Part shown: positions 1 to 12,289 of the stretch, piece by piece
Position numbering within the stretch: position 1 is the stretch's first letter
Layout: the number at the start of each line of letters is the position of its first letter
Assembly: GCF_006345805.1 (NCBI RefSeq)
Contig: NC_043012.1
Coordinates: 57,412,001 to 57,476,000 of the forward strand
DNA length: 64,000 nucleotides
Reading direction: 5' to 3'
From: Octopus sinensis
Lineage: Eukaryota
Notes under the pieces: generated by a model
What the model was told of the DNA's origin: nothing
Databases searched by the model: none
The model's input: the letters and a program-made list of their open reading frames with translations, nothing else
Position numbers and translations under genes: made by a program

Positions 1-327
1 ACAGAAGCTTGTACAAGACTTTTGCCACTCTCTTGGTCATCATAGTAGGTTCCAGTGACAAGCATTGCAAAAATGACTAGGACTATGTTGACTGCATGGC
101 TTTGTCAAAATAAAGGGAGTCTCCTCTGGTTTTGGGAAATCTATTTATCCCAAAGGCAGGGCCCTGACAGGTGTTACTGTTTAGGGCCAGAACAAACCTG
201 GGAGTCACAGTTATTAAGGAGTGACTCCATGCTCCTCAAAACTACAGAACTGCCAAGCTAGAACCTCATTACCGGATGCAGTTTAATGTGCTACCCAGAA
301 CAACGTTTATCTGCCCTGGTTATTTAT

Positions 328-530
328 ATAAATCTGGACAGGTTTCTATCTGAGATACCAGATGAACCTACATTGCGGCAGGAGACGCAAAGAAGAGCAG
401 CTCCATCCAACTCGCTACTTCACCAAAAACAATATCAGAAACAACACTGAGTAACTACAGGTGGTGCACTACCATAACTTCAGCCCTGGGCTGAAACTAG
501 TAAACGATAAAAGATAATGAAAGATATATA
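328..530 (+). mobile_element. CR1-group LINE, 3' end of ORF2 plus tail
   Basis: Translates INLDRFLSEIPDEPTLRQETQRRAAPSNSLLHQ (stop 448-450), matching the LDxFLxxIPDEP...RAAxSNSL C-terminus of CR1/Crack-type ORF2. Confidence 0.7.
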
Positions 531-544
531 TGTATATATATATA

Positions 545-815
545 TATTGGCTCCTGTGCAAGTGGCATGTAAAAAAAAAACACCATTTGTGTGTGGCCGT
601 TGCCAGTACCGCCTGACTGGCCCTCATGCCGGTGGCATGTAAAAGCACCCACTACACTCTCGGACTGGTTGGCATTAAGAAGGGCATCCAGCTGTAGAAA
701 CTCTGCCAGATCAGATTGGAGCCTGGTGCAGCCATCTGGCTCACCAGTCCCCAGTCAAATCATCCAACCCATGCTAGCATGGAAAGTGGACGTTAAACGA
801 TGATGATGATGATGA
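545..815 (+). mobile_element. RTE-type LINE 3' UTR/tail fragment with ~1.5 copies of the 66-bp unit
   Basis: Contains GGAAGGGCATCCAGCTGTAGAAA...CCAACCCATGCTAGCATGGAAA..GACGTTAAACGATGATGATG; the same tail follows an RTE ORF end at 61245-61910. Confidence 0.75.
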
Positions 816-823
816 TATATATG

Positions 824-862
<39 letters not shown>

Positions 863-878
863 TATATATCACTAACTA

Positions 879-1087
879 TAAGGTAAAGCTGAAAAGTTCC
901 TGGATTTGAGTAAAAGAAAGGATCAGTTAATAATGATTTTATTCAACATGTTCCCCTCTCAGATTCACACACTTATTGCAGCGATCCTTCAGTTTTTCAA
1001 AGCCCTGTAAAAGAATAAAAAAGGTTGGGTTTCCAACCAGGCCTTTTGTGATACCCTTAGAGCCAGGGACTTTTCAGCACTCCTTCA
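879..1087 (-). mobile_element. mariner-derived MITE (internal deletion derivative)
   Basis: TA-flanked inverted ends (GCTGAAAAGTTCCTGG / CCAGGGACTTTTCAGC); minus strand keeps the transposase C-terminus LQGFEKLKDRCNKCVNLRGEHVE*. Confidence 0.8.
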
Positions 1088-1502
1088 TAGAACAAATATC
1101 ACACCACATTCTATTTGACACCTTAACAACTTAACTGAAACAAACCTCACCACCGCTGTCATTATAGCACTTTCTGTAGAATGAAGTGAAGAACACCATG
1201 TTTAACTTTCCCAGAAATAATTTTTGAAAATTCTGTAAAATGCAATTCAAGAATATCGTAGATTTAGATTAACCCCAACCGTGTGGGAATTAAGAATATA
1301 CAGTTCGAGTGCATGTGCACTTGAAAGACACAGGAACTGAGTTTGGCCTTTTAGCTGTGGAAAACGGTTTTATATTACAAATCTATCAGTTGTTGAGGAA
1401 TGTCATGTTTAAACCTTTTTTGTGTTGAGACATGTCAAGTTTATTGAGGCAATGTGACTTGCAGAAAATGCCAATTCTATTTTATGGTAGGTATTTAACA
1501 TC

Positions 1503-1704
1503 ATTACTCTTTACTCTTTTACTGTTTCAGTCACTTGACTGCGGCCATGCTGGAGCACCGCCTTTAATCGAGCAACTTGACCCCGGAACTTATTCTTTTG
1601 TAAGCCCAGTACTTATTCTATCGGTCTCTTTTGCCGAACCACTAAGTAACGGGGACATAAACACACCAGCATCAGTTGTCAAGCAATGTTAGGGGACAAA
1701 CACA

Positions 1705-1752
<48 letters not shown>

Positions 1753-1905
1753 TACGATGGGCCTCTTTCAGTTTCCGTCTACCAAATTCACTCACAAGGC
1801 TTTGGTCGGCCCGAGGCTATAGTAGAAGACACTTGCCCAAGGTGCCACGCAGCGGGACTGAACCCGGAACCATGTGGTTGGTAGACAAGCTACTTACCAC
1901 ACAAG
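1503..1905 (-). mobile_element. SINE family A (tRNA-derived, internal microsatellite)
   Basis: Near-identical to the copies at 42107-42516 and 45682-46093; (AGTAAAAG)n tail. Confidence 0.9.
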
Positions 1906-1934
1906 CCCTGATATTTAGCAACTGACTCGGTAGA

Positions 1935-2328
1935 CATCCAGAATATTATCTACCATCTTTCCAACAACAAAATTCGGATATCTTTTAGAATTCCTTATGT
2001 CTAACACTCGTGCATATACTTACAAAAATCAAAAGAACAACATAGCACCCATGACTTTCACACACAAACTTTGTCACGCTCAGAATTGCTGAAGCATGGA
2101 ATAAATTACCTGCATCAGTTGTTAGCTGTCAGGACACTATATCCTTCAAAACTTCCACGCTTCCTGAAATTCACCAACAGAACACCTGATGTCTTCCCCC
2201 ACCATATTTTTTAAATGACTCATTCATGGTTCACTTCCTGTGCATTTTGTATATACAGTTCATGCTCTACTATTTTTGACTACTTCTTCTGATAAGCTGT
2301 AGTGCACCTGAGCACTGTAAACAATAAG

Positions 2329-2360
<32 letters not shown>
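1935..2360 (+). mobile_element. CR1 LINE 3' end with (ATT)n tail
   Basis: Frameshifted LRIAEAWNKLPASVVSCQDTISFKTS (CR1 WNxLPxxVV motif) followed by 3' UTR and ATT repeats. Confidence 0.75.
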
Positions 2361-2366
<6 letters not shown>

Positions 2367-2708
2367 TGCCTTAGCGAAGGTGGAGGTATTGTTTTCAGTT
2401 GTATTTGTTTATCAGTCGACAAGATATCTCAAGAACCACAGGATGGATTCGGATGAAACTTTCAAGGATGTTTGGCCTCATGACTGACACAAACTGATTA
2501 GATTTTGGGATCAGTCTGGTACTGGACAAAGATTCTGGATTATTTTTCCTGTTTTTTTTTTACTTAATTTTTGAGAGCAGTTGGGTTCATTTTTAATATT
2601 CTCGTCTGTGAGAGCAGTCGAATTTATTTGAGATATTCTCATTTTAAAACTCATCTCTGACATTGGTGTTGCCTTGTCAGAGGTTTACATTCTCTGAGTG
2701 CTCTTGTT
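2361..2708 (+). mobile_element. non-autonomous Helentron/HINE-like element
   Basis: Starts with hairpin-like CTCTGCCTTAGCGAAGGTGGAGGT, ends CAGAGGTTTACATTCTCTGAGTGCTCTTGTT; second copy at 24781-25002. Class assigned from memory of similar aquatic-animal elements. Confidence 0.55.
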
Positions 2709-2754
2709 ATAATTATCATATTACTACTACTACTACTACTACTATTATTATTAT

Positions 2755-3190
2755 TGAGCTGGCAGAATCATAACCATGGGTAAAATGTTTAACAGCGTTT
2801 CGTCAGTCTTTGCATTCTGAGTTCCAATTCTGCCAAGGTTGACTTTGACTTTTATTCTTTTGGGGAGGGCGATAAAATAAGTACAAGTTTGAACACTGGG
2901 ATTGATATTAATTGACTTACCCCCTTCCCCAAACCTGCTGGCATTGTGCCAAAATTTGAAATCATTACTATTATTATTACCATTAAGAGAGCGAGCTGGT
3001 AGAGTTGTTAGCACGCTGGACAAAATGTTGCTAAGCATTTTGTCCACCTGTACATTCTGGGTTCAAATTCCAGAGGTCGACTTTGCCATACATCCTTTTT
3101 GGAGTCGATGAAATAAGTACTAGTTACACACTGGGGTAATTTCCCTCCCGCAAAGTTTCAAGGCTTTGTGCCTATAGTAAAATAGATTAT
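2755..3190 (+). mobile_element. two head-to-tail SINE family B copies
   Basis: GAGCTGGCAGAATC head, GAGTTCAAATTC B-box, GAGGTCGACTTTGCC core, (ATT)n tails. Confidence 0.85.
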
Positions 3191-4191
3191 TATTATTATT
3201 AATTACTGGAGTGATCATGAAACTTAATTTTGCAGTTAAAGATTTAACTCAATTTTGACAGTGGGTACTTTCCAGAATTCTCCAAATTTCATATGAGGTA
3301 GTTACTGTAAGTGTATGCAACTTGCAAATTAAAATTTTAGCCAGTTTCAGCAAATTTATCCAGCATCTGCACGCTAACACACAAAAAAATTTAATCAGTG
3401 CAGTGAAGGTTAACAAAAATGAAACAACCAAAAAAAAAAAAAAAAAACAGAACTGAACATTCAATTAGTACAAATGCATTTACAAAATTTCTCAATTACA
3501 CCTTGAAAATAGTGCAAATGCACTTCAGAAACCATATAACTGCATGTCTAAAAAGCCATAATTGCATTTCTAAATTTTCACCACTCAACTGCACTTTTCA
3601 ATTAGAGCTGACTACACTTTCAGAACAGCATAACAGCACTTTTAAAATAACATCATTGTATTTTCAAAAATAACACAATTGCATTTTTGGAATTCTTCAA
3701 CTGGACTTCGAAAATAATACGAATGCATTTGCAAAAGGATGAAGATTGAAATTTTCTTTTGGTATTTTGTAAATTAATGTGCAGCCTTCAAATTATGATT
3801 GGTCGGTCGGTCGGTTGGTTGGATTGGTAGGTTAAGTGAAGAAACAACCACAGCGTCAGTGTTTCATAACCTATTAATAACATTGTATTGTGTCTGTGAC
3901 TAAGGCTTTTAGCCTGCCATAGTTAAATGCCAAAAGCAAGAAAGCAGTGGTTCTCAAAGACTTTTCACCTATGGACATCCTTCCCCTTCCTCTCTGTTAG
4001 GCGGCACAAGTACTTACACACACATGTACACACACGATGGAAACTTTTGCTTACCAAATTCAATCACAAAGACACTTGCCCAAGGTGCCATGCAGTGGGA
4101 CTGAACCTGAAATCATGTGGTTGAGAACCAAACTTCTTACCACACAGCCATGCCTTACTTGGATGGCTCTTATAACTTTAAAAAATGTAAG

Positions 4192-4480
4192 GCAGTGAGC
4201 TGGCAGCATTGTTAGCATATCGGGCAAAATGCTTAGCGGTATTTCGTCTGCCGTTACGTCCCGAGTTCAAATTCCGCTGAGGTCGACTTTGCCTTTCATC
4301 CTTTCAGGGTCGATAAATTAGGTACCAGTTGTGTACTGGGGATCAATCTAATCGACTTAATCCGTTTGTCTGTTCTTGTTTGTCCCCTCTGTATGTAGCC
4401 CCTTGTGGACAGTAAAGAAATAGGTATTTCGTCTGTCTTTACGTTCTGAGTTCAAATTCCGATGAGGTTGACTTCTACTA
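4192..4480 (+). mobile_element. SINE family B (full copy plus partial second head)
   Basis: Matches the young copy at 50706-50935 including the TTTGTCTGTCCTTGTTTGTCCCC tail. Confidence 0.9.
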
Positions 4481-4489
4481 AAGACTCGG

Positions 4490-4830
4490 GTTGTCTTCTA
4501 CTATAACCTCAAGCTGACCAAAGCCTTGTGAGTGGATTTGGTAGACGGAATTGAAAGAAGCCCGTCATATATATGTATATTATATATATATATGTATGTG
4601 TGTGTATGTGCTTGTGTGTCTCCCTAACATCGCTTGACAACCGATGCTGGTGTGTTTATGTCCCCATAACTTAGCGGTTCAGCGAAAGAGACCGATAGAA
4701 TAAGTACTAGGCTTACAAAGAATAAGTCCTGGGGTTGATTTGTTCGACTAAAGGCAGTGCTCCAGCATGGCCACAGTCAAATGACTGAAACAAGTAAAAG
4801 AGTAAAAGAGAAAGAGTAAAGAGTAAATGA
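4490..4830 (+). mobile_element. SINE family A, 5'-truncated
   Basis: Body and AGTAAAAG tail match family A. Confidence 0.85.
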
Positions 4831-5915
4831 AGAACATGTGACAAATGCACCACTAAAATGATATTACTGGCAAAATAATAGAACAACACTTTCAGTGCAG
4901 CACAGCTGCACTTTCGCCATAGCATAATGCATTTCTAAGTTGGTCCAGCACTTTCTCTGTATTACAACAACTGTACTGCTATTAAAGTGCATGATTCACT
5001 GCCAAAAAAATAATTGTAATTCTATAATGCACAACTGATTTGCCACATTAGCACAAATGCATTTTCAAATTAGCACTCCGCATTTAGTGTGTGGTTCAGC
5101 AGCATTTATGCAACTGCAAGTAAAAAAAATGGCATTAATGCATTTTTGTTACATACAACTGCATTGCTATTGAAGTAAAATAGCAATTTAAAAAAAAAAC
5201 ATAACTAGATTGCCAAAATTGCACAAAAGCAATTCAAAAACACCACAACTACATTTCCAAAATAACACAACTGCACTTTTTAATGTTGCACAAACTGCAC
5301 TTTCAACAGAACACAACAATATTTCCACATCTGCACTTCTGATGTACTATAACTGCAATATCAAAATAATAGAACTGCACTCCTTAAATAAATATAACTG
5401 CACTTTTAAGATATGACTACATTCCTACATGACTACACATGCAGCACACCATAGCACCACTTCTAATATAACATTGCTGCACATTTTTAACACAACACAA
5501 GTGCATTCTGAAACATACAGCTGCACTTCCACAGTCATTCATAAAACTGCAATTTCAAAATAGAGCAACTGCATTTTTGGTGTAGTACAACAGTAGTTTC
5601 AAAATGATACTACTGCACTTTCAAAATAGGACAAGTGCACTTCTAAAATAGCATACACTAGTTTCAAGATGGTAGAGCTGCACTACCAAATACCATGATT
5701 ACAAGACCACTCTCGTACATCTATACTTTCACTTTTTTGAAACTGCACTTTCTTCCGCTCTTGTACAATTGCACACCCACTCTTGTACAGCTGTATTCCC
5801 ACTCCTGTACAACTGCACTTCCATTTTTCCGCTCCAGTACTACTGCACTTCCAAGAAGATCTAGCTACAAGAAATGTCTTTTGTTACTGTTTTTCCTAAT
5901 GTTTGTTCTTCACAG

Positions 5916-6093
5916 GGGGAATGACCAAGAACAAGCTAGACCTACAAGGGGAAGTTCAATTTCTTTCCATAATATTGACATTGACCTGGTCCCGCCTTCT
6001 GCTTGCAGAAACACCGGAATGAAACGAAACCCACCTCCACACTATTCAAAATTATGTGCCGCAATCTTAAACCAGACACTACTTACTCTATAA
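5916..6093 (+). CDS. candidate exon, product unknown
   Basis: Strong acceptor TTTTTCCTAATGTTTGTTCTTCACAG|G at 5915; one frame is open to a stop at 6091-6093 (GNDQEQARPTRGSSISFHNIDIDLVPPSACRNTGMKRNPPPHYSKL...). No homology recognised. Confidence 0.25.
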
Positions 6094-6100
6094 TGTATAT

Positions 6101-6388
6101 GAGTGTTTCTCAGCCATTTTTTGTACCTCTGGAACCATTTGGCTTACACTTTTACTCGACTGGACCTTCAAAGCCAGTCCATGTTTAAAGAATTCAATTA
6201 AATTTTTATCAATGAATATTATGAATTCTACATAATAAATTGTTAAAATATTTCGATTTTTCGACATATAACCAATTCACTGCACATAAATTTCAACAAA
6301 ATATTGCATGGACCCCCAAAGGTAATATGGACCTCCAAGGGCAATATGGACCCACGAGAGTCATATAGACCCTAGTTGAGAACTTCTG
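6101..6388. mobile_element. hAT (Charlie-like) MITE
   Basis: Ends GAGTGTTTCTCAGCC / AGTTGAGAACTTCTG resemble CAGTGGTTCTCAACC TIRs; 8-bp flanks ATGTATAT (6093-6100) and TTGTACAT (6389-6396) match 6/8. Confidence 0.7.
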
Positions 6389-6526
6389 TTGTACATCTAG
6401 AAGCACTATTTATGAAAATAATATTTTGAATGGATGGTCACAATAGAAGCTTTTGATCGATTGATTAGATAACATTATAGAATATACATAAAAAAACAAA
6501 GCAAACATTTTTATTTATAGATGCTG

Positions 6527-6810
6527 TTATGGCTCTGTGGTAAGAAGCTTGCTTCCCAACTACATGGTTTCAGGTTCACTCCCACAACATGGCATTTTGG
6601 GAAAATGTCTTTTGCTATGGCACTAGGCCAACCAAACCCTTATGAGTAGATTTGGTATATGGAATCTGAAAGAAGCCTGTCATAGCAGTTTGGCAAAAGA
6701 GACCAATAGTATAAGTTGTAGGCTTACAAAGAATAAGTCCTGGGATTGATTTGTTTGACTAAAGGAAATGCTCCAGCATGGCCACAAAGGACTGAAACAA
6801 GTAAAAGAAT
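6527..6810 (+). mobile_element. SINE family A (internally shortened)
   Basis: A-box TGGCTCTGTGGT, B-box GGTTCACTCCC, family A tail. Confidence 0.85.
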
Positions 6811-6859
6811 AAATATATATATATATATTCTTTTACTTGTTTCTTTCCATTCAAAATGT

Positions 6860-7050
6860 AATCACATGTGGATCGCTGGCAATTTTCCTCTTGGACTTTT
6901 CTCCATCTCCGGTTTCTGATGAAGAGCTTTGCTCAAAATGTAAAACTACCTTTCTTTGCTTCCTTGAGCATCTGCTAATACTTTGCATGTACCACATCCT
7001 TGCATTGTTTTTTTCTTGTGTTTGTTCTTCGTTTTTTTTGGGATTAACTA
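6860..7050 (+). mobile_element. Penelope-like pLTR remnant with decayed hammerhead motif
   Basis: GTTT CTGATGA A GAGC TTT GCTC AAAAT GTA AAAC at 6912-6946; homologous to 22060-22270 and 42610-42815; flanked by (TA)n. Confidence 0.6.
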
Positions 7051-7399
7051 TATATATATATGACAGTTGTCAATTGTGGAAAAATTGTCTCCACTGCTAC
7101 ATAAACCTGATGATTGCATAACGCATGAAAGTACTAGTTTTATCACAATAAATATATAATAATCTATTATCATATAATATTGCAAAATTGAAAAAAATGT
7201 AAATAATAAAATGTGAAAATCAGACAAGGTTGGAATTTAATCAGTTAATATATTCTTCTATACACAATCATATAAACCCGGACACATATGTGTATATGTA
7301 TATATATATGTGTGTATGTATGTATATGCTTGTGTGTGTGTGTGTATGTATGAATATATGTATGTATCTGCATGTGAATGTGTATATGTTTCTATTACC

Positions 7400-7550
7400 T
7401 TGATTTCACATCACATGACTGTTGTATGTGAATGCCATCTATTTTCAATATTGTATGGAAAAGACGTCTGGCCATGGGGAAGCAAGGGTTAGTGACAGGA
7501 AGGGCATCCAACTGTAGAAAAATTTACCTCAATAAATTCCGTCCAACCCA
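7400..7550 (+). mobile_element. SINE/LINE tail with GGAAGGGCATCC motif (variant family)
   Basis: TCTGGCCATGGGGAA...GACAGGAAGGGCATCCAACTGTAGAAA; homologous to 57715-57865 and 58970-59120. Confidence 0.5.
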
Positions 7551-7594
7551 TGCAAGCATAGAAAAGTGGATATTAAAAATTGGTGATGCGTTTA

Positions 7595-7710
7595 TCTGAA
7601 TGAAGTGCAGTTGCACTGGAGTGTAAGTGCAGCTGTACAATAGTGGAAGTGCAGCTGCACTAGAGTGAAAATGTAGTTGTAAAAAGAGTGGAAGTACTGT
7701 CATGCTATTT
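7595..7710 (-). repeat. inverted piece of the 22-bp minisatellite
   Basis: GAAGTGCAGTTGCA / GGAAGTGCAGCTG units are the reverse complement of 5740-5850. Confidence 0.55.
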
Positions 7711-7821
7711 GGAGGTGCAGGGTTAAAAATGGTATGGTGTGCGTTAGAGAGTTTTGGCTGCTATTTCTAGCAGGTTGATTGACCAAATAGGAAAGGAGTG
7801 ACTCATTGACTCATCTCTCGA

Positions 7822-8002
7822 TTGATGATGATGATGGTAATGATGACGTTGCTATTGACGATGACGATCTTGATAATAATGATGATGATGAAGATGACAA
7901 CGATCATGATGATAATGATGATGTTGACAAAGATGATGATGATGATGCAATTGATGATAAAGATGTTGATGATGATGTTGCTGATGATGTTGATGATGAT
8001 GT

Positions 8003-8037
<35 letters not shown>

Positions 8038-8040
8038 CTT
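7822..8040. repeat. imperfect (GAT)n microsatellite
   Basis: Direct; explains the poly-D and poly-M ORFs. Confidence 0.95.
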
Positions 8041-8584
8041 AACCTGGGGTTGACTAATATTTCCTTACTTCAGCCCCTACTTATTTCCTTACTTAACTGC
8101 AAATACTTCACATGTTAAACATGACAAAACTAACCCACCTAGCAGAAAAATAGGTTCTGCAAAGCACTGTCGTAAGCAGTGGTAGCATACAAAAACCGAT
8201 GAGTGGTTCACTAGGTTGCAGTACAGAGTTCCAGAGTTCAAGTCCTCCCAATATCCAATCCGAGTGTACATATTTGTCTCCTATCCAATTAACAACTACA
8301 GAAACTGAATACAAGAACTCTATGGGATCTCAGCTATTTGGAAAAAGAATTAGAAGAATGCATCAAGGTGGCAGTCTTAGAGGGATAAAATGGTGTTGGC
8401 ATTAGCAGAAATGTGTGAAGACATTCAGAGGTATGAGGCAAGAGCAATATATAGGTGTGAAATTCTGTGTAATGGATGTTGCAACCGTGGCGATAGCAAG
8501 GAATGCTATGCCAGTTAATGGGTTAAAAACGGTAACTTATCACAGAATATGACGCTAGTCAAACTATTTAATTTCTTACTTTTA

Positions 8585-9710
8585 AATACTGCTGTTGTTC
8601 TTGTTGTTTTAGCCCTGGGTCAGTTATGGTCAATCAGCCCTATGATCAAACAGACCTATGGATCTCATATGCATTTCAGTTTGAACTAACCTGTCTTTTC
8701 CTTTTCATATTCTTTTCTCACGGTATAAATATATCTAGGACTATATCATCTCATGTGCTCTTCATTGCCATTAGCAACGTTTTTTGGCGCTAAGTCAAGC
8801 TAGGATTGATCAGAACAATAATAAAATTTGCTCCAACCGTGACCATCTCATCTAGTTTTGTTTTGCATGTTTTAAAAACCTAGTCTATCGAAGACTACAT
8901 CATTGAAACAGTCCTTCATTTTTGAGAATGGTAGAGTAAAATTTTAGAAGAATTGGCTGTTGTTTTCAACAGATTCAAGCACCATGATTTAAATGTTTTG
9001 GTATTCTTTAGCACCAGGTCTCTCCTGTTAATATATATATCAACAAAAGTAATCCATTAGTGACCATCCTGCCTTTTACCTACGTGTAGGAAACCCAGGG
9101 TTACATTATCCAAAGCAACTTTTTCAACAAAGATGAAGTCTGATTTGAAAGACATATGACTGCTATTTCTTGCAGGTTGAGTGCTCACCTAGAAACTCTT
9201 TCTTCTGTTGGTTGATGTTGGTGTTATTCAACCCTAAGATACTTCTGAGCAAACAGAATTATAATCAAAAGACAATACAATTGTGGCCATCCTGTCGTTT
9301 TTTTCTTTACAATCATGGAATATCAACAACTACATCATCCAATGTGTCTCCTTCATTTTTTTTAAAGATGGCAGGATCTCATTTAAGGAAGATTTAGCTG
9401 CTATTTCTAACAGATCAAATAACCACATAGAGGTTGCCTCAGTTGTTACATAATAGTGTTAGATGTTACTGTTGTTATTGTAGTAGTTGTTGTTGTTGTA
9501 GCTTAGTCCCTAGTTAGTCCAGACTGAACAAAACCTATGACTGAAGACATTCCTAATGTGACCATCCCAACTTAATATTCAAACACAGTATACCTAAAAA
9601 CACATTATCTCAGGTGGGTGATGATAGTGATGATGGTAAGGATAGTAAGGGTAACGACGCCTGATGTGTGAATCAAATGAGATTTAGCTGCTATTTCTAG
9701 CTGATAAATT
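8585..9710 (+). repeat. degenerate tandem array of the ~180-200-bp repeat (TR)
   Basis: Recurrent CCTATGATCAAA, GTGACCATCC, GGACTACATTATCCAA and GCTGCTATTTCTAGCAG modules in the same order as 36800-37950. Confidence 0.65.
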
Positions 9711-9949
9711 TGACCATGTCGCAGTCTCCATTTTCCATTAATGATGATGATGATCTGGATGCTATCTCCTTTGTTTGGACAGGTCGATTCTATACACACA
9801 TATCTGATTAAACAAAGCATTTAATCATAATTTTTAATCATAGCCATCTTGGATTTACGCTGACAATTATTGAACTTTGACCTAAAATTTGGTAATTTAC
9901 AGCAGGGAGGTCACAGTGTCACTTCTGTTATAAAAGATAGATAGATAGA

Positions 9950-9958
9950 TAGAGAGAT

Positions 9959-10025
<67 letters not shown>
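9950..10025. repeat. (GATA)n/(GA)n microsatellite
   Basis: Direct. Confidence 0.9.
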
Positions 10026-10026
<1 letters not shown>

Positions 10027-10063
10027 GGAACATTGAGGTAAGCCTTAAAATAGTTGTTAGACC

Positions 10064-10295
10064 TTTTACTCTCTTTTACTCGTTTCAGTCATTTGACTGT
10101 GGCCAGACTGGAGCACCGCCTTTAGTCGAGCAAATCGACCCCAGGACTTATTCTTTATAAGCCTAGTACTTATTCTATCGGTCTCTTTTGCCGAACCGCC
10201 AAGTTACGGGGATGTAAACACACCAGCATTGGTTGTCAAGCGATGTTGGGGACAAACACAGACACACAAACATATACAAATACATACATATATAT

Positions 10296-10343
<48 letters not shown>

Positions 10344-10510
10344 TATGACGGGCTTCTTTCAGTTTCTGTCTACCAAATCCGCTCACAAGGCTTTGGTCAC
10401 TCCTGAGGCTATAGTAGAAGACACTTGCCCAAGGTGCCACGCAGTGGGAATGAACCCAGAACCATGTGGTTGGTAAGCAAGGTACTAACCAAACAGCCAC
10501 TCCCGCACCT
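10064..10510 (-). mobile_element. SINE family A, full length
   Basis: Complete head to tail with internal (TA)n. Confidence 0.95.
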
Positions 10511-10699
10511 TGTAGAAATAACAACTAAATGTCCCTTGGATCAAAGTAGAAGGGACACCTTGGATGATGTAATGCTACATTTATACACACAGTATAATTG
10601 AAATATAGATTGGGATGGTCATAATTCTTGACAGAAGTGTCACTGTCTTTTGGGTCACGAGACTGGGTTTAAGCTTAGAACTCACAGAACTGGAATAGA

Positions 10700-10875
10700 T
10701 ATTGGTTTCATATTTTGGCACAAGGCCAGCAATTTTTAGGGAGGGGAGATAAGTTGGTTGCATCGACCTCAGTGCTTAACTGGTATTTTTTTATTGGTCC
10801 CACAAGGGAAGAAAGGCAAAGTCAGTCTTAGTGGAATTTTAATACAGAAAGTAAAAATGGACGAAATGCTGCTGA
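10700..10875 (-). mobile_element. SINE family B
   Basis: TTGGCACAAGGCCAGCAATTT tail, AAAGGCAAAGTC core. Confidence 0.8.
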
Positions 10876-10879
10876 AGTA

Positions 10880-11892
10880 GGCACAAGCATGGCTTGCTTC
10901 CCAACAACATGGTTCTGGGTTCAGGCCCACTGTGTGGCACCTTGGGCAAGTGTTTTCTACTATAACCTTGGCCCGACCAAAGCCTTGTGAGTGAATTTGG
11001 TAGATGGAAACTGAAAGAAGCCCATCGTATGTATCCAGATAGATGATACAAAGAAAACAAGGGCAGGTCATTTGAAGTCTTCTTTCCTCAGTTGAGTACC
11101 AAATTATGTTCGCAATTTTGGCTGATTATACTCATGATTGCTCCAATCTGGCCAGCCCCAAGGAAAAACTAAGCTAAGAGCATTAGATTCCTTGGAAGAA
11201 AGCAGCGAATGTATACAAAAACAAGGATGGAAAAAAAAACGGACAATGTTACACGAATACAATAAAAATAAGAACAGGACATAACAACAGGTGTCTTTTG
11301 ACTAAGGACAAATTAAATTAAGCTGGTGTGTGTGGAAATAAAGCTTTACTGCAAAGATACAAGGAGGAATATCTATTTCTTTACAACCACAAGGGGCTAA
11401 ACACAGAGAGGACAAACAAGGACAGACAAACGGATTAAGTCGATTATATCGACCCCAGTGCGTAACTGGTACTTAATTTATCGACCCCGAAAGGATGAAT
11501 GGCAAAGTCGATCGAGCGGCAGAACGTAGCGGCAGACGAAATACAGCTACGCATTTTGCCCGGCGTGCTAATGTTTCTGCCAGCTCGCCGCCCCTGGAGG
11601 AATATCGATGTCGCGCGGACAATAGTCAGACCGAGAAAGAAAGATCAGGCTTTGCTAAATGCTGGTCATGTGGGAAGAGAAGAGAGAGAGGTAGAGGCAG
11701 AGGGACAGAGGAATGAAGGAGGGGCGAGAAAAATGACAGGGACATAGTGAAGTGAAAAGTGGAGGGTAAGTAAGCAAGAAGAGAAGGCAAAGAAATATGA
11801 GAGAAGGGGAATGAAAGAATAAAGAGTGGAATGAACAAATAAGCGTGAAAGGGCTGATAGACAGAATAGAGTCATACAAGATTTAGAAAAAC

Positions 11893-11936
<44 letters not shown>

Positions 11937-11962
11937 TATATATATATTATATATATATATAT

Positions 11963-12016
<54 letters not shown>

Positions 12017-12045
12017 ATATATATACATATATATATATATACATA

Positions 12046-12076
<31 letters not shown>

Positions 12077-12207
12077 ATATGTTTGTGTGTCTGGACAACA
12101 ATGTTTGTGTGTTTGCATCCCTGTAACTTACCAGTTTGGCAAAAAAGACCAATAGAGACTAGGCCTACAAAGAATAAGTTCTGGGTTCAATTGGTTCGAC
12201 TAAAGGC
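10880..12207 (+). mobile_element. SINE family A split by nested insertions
   Basis: Head half at 10880-11030 and tail half at 12080-12207, separated by ~1 kb of other repeats at the internal microsatellite. Confidence 0.65.
11375..11605 (-). mobile_element. young SINE family B
   Basis: CpG-rich head ...CTGCCAGCTCGCCGCC on the plus strand; matches 50706-50935. Confidence 0.9.
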
Positions 12208-12289
12208 AAATATATTTCAACAGAAACATGGTAACAAGAATGGTAAACCTTAGTAAAACTCGTGAATATTTTGAAAAATTAATAACTAC

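Larger units (their letters stand above)
3420..5850 (+). repeat. degenerate ~22-bp minisatellite (CAAAATAGTACAACTGCACTTT-like), interrupted by SINEs at ~3940-4830
   Basis: Recurrent ACTGCACTTT / TGCATTT motif at ~22-bp spacing, e.g. 5610-5690. Confidence 0.65.

Noticed and set aside
3420-5850. Cluster of metal-response elements (TGCRCNC)
   Set aside because: Most units read TGCACTT, which fails the consensus; explained by the minisatellite
7806-8118. Poly-Asp and poly-Met ORFs (biomineralisation-like acidic protein)
   Set aside because: Imperfect (GAT)n tract with no signal peptide or splice evidence
8100-8530. Possible piggyBac remnant ending CCAGTTAATGGGTTAA
   Set aside because: No matching left end or transposase motif found
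11110-11190. Possible hammerhead on the minus strand (GGCTG...CAGCC followed by AAAA)
   Set aside because: The CTGANGA core is absent in this copy
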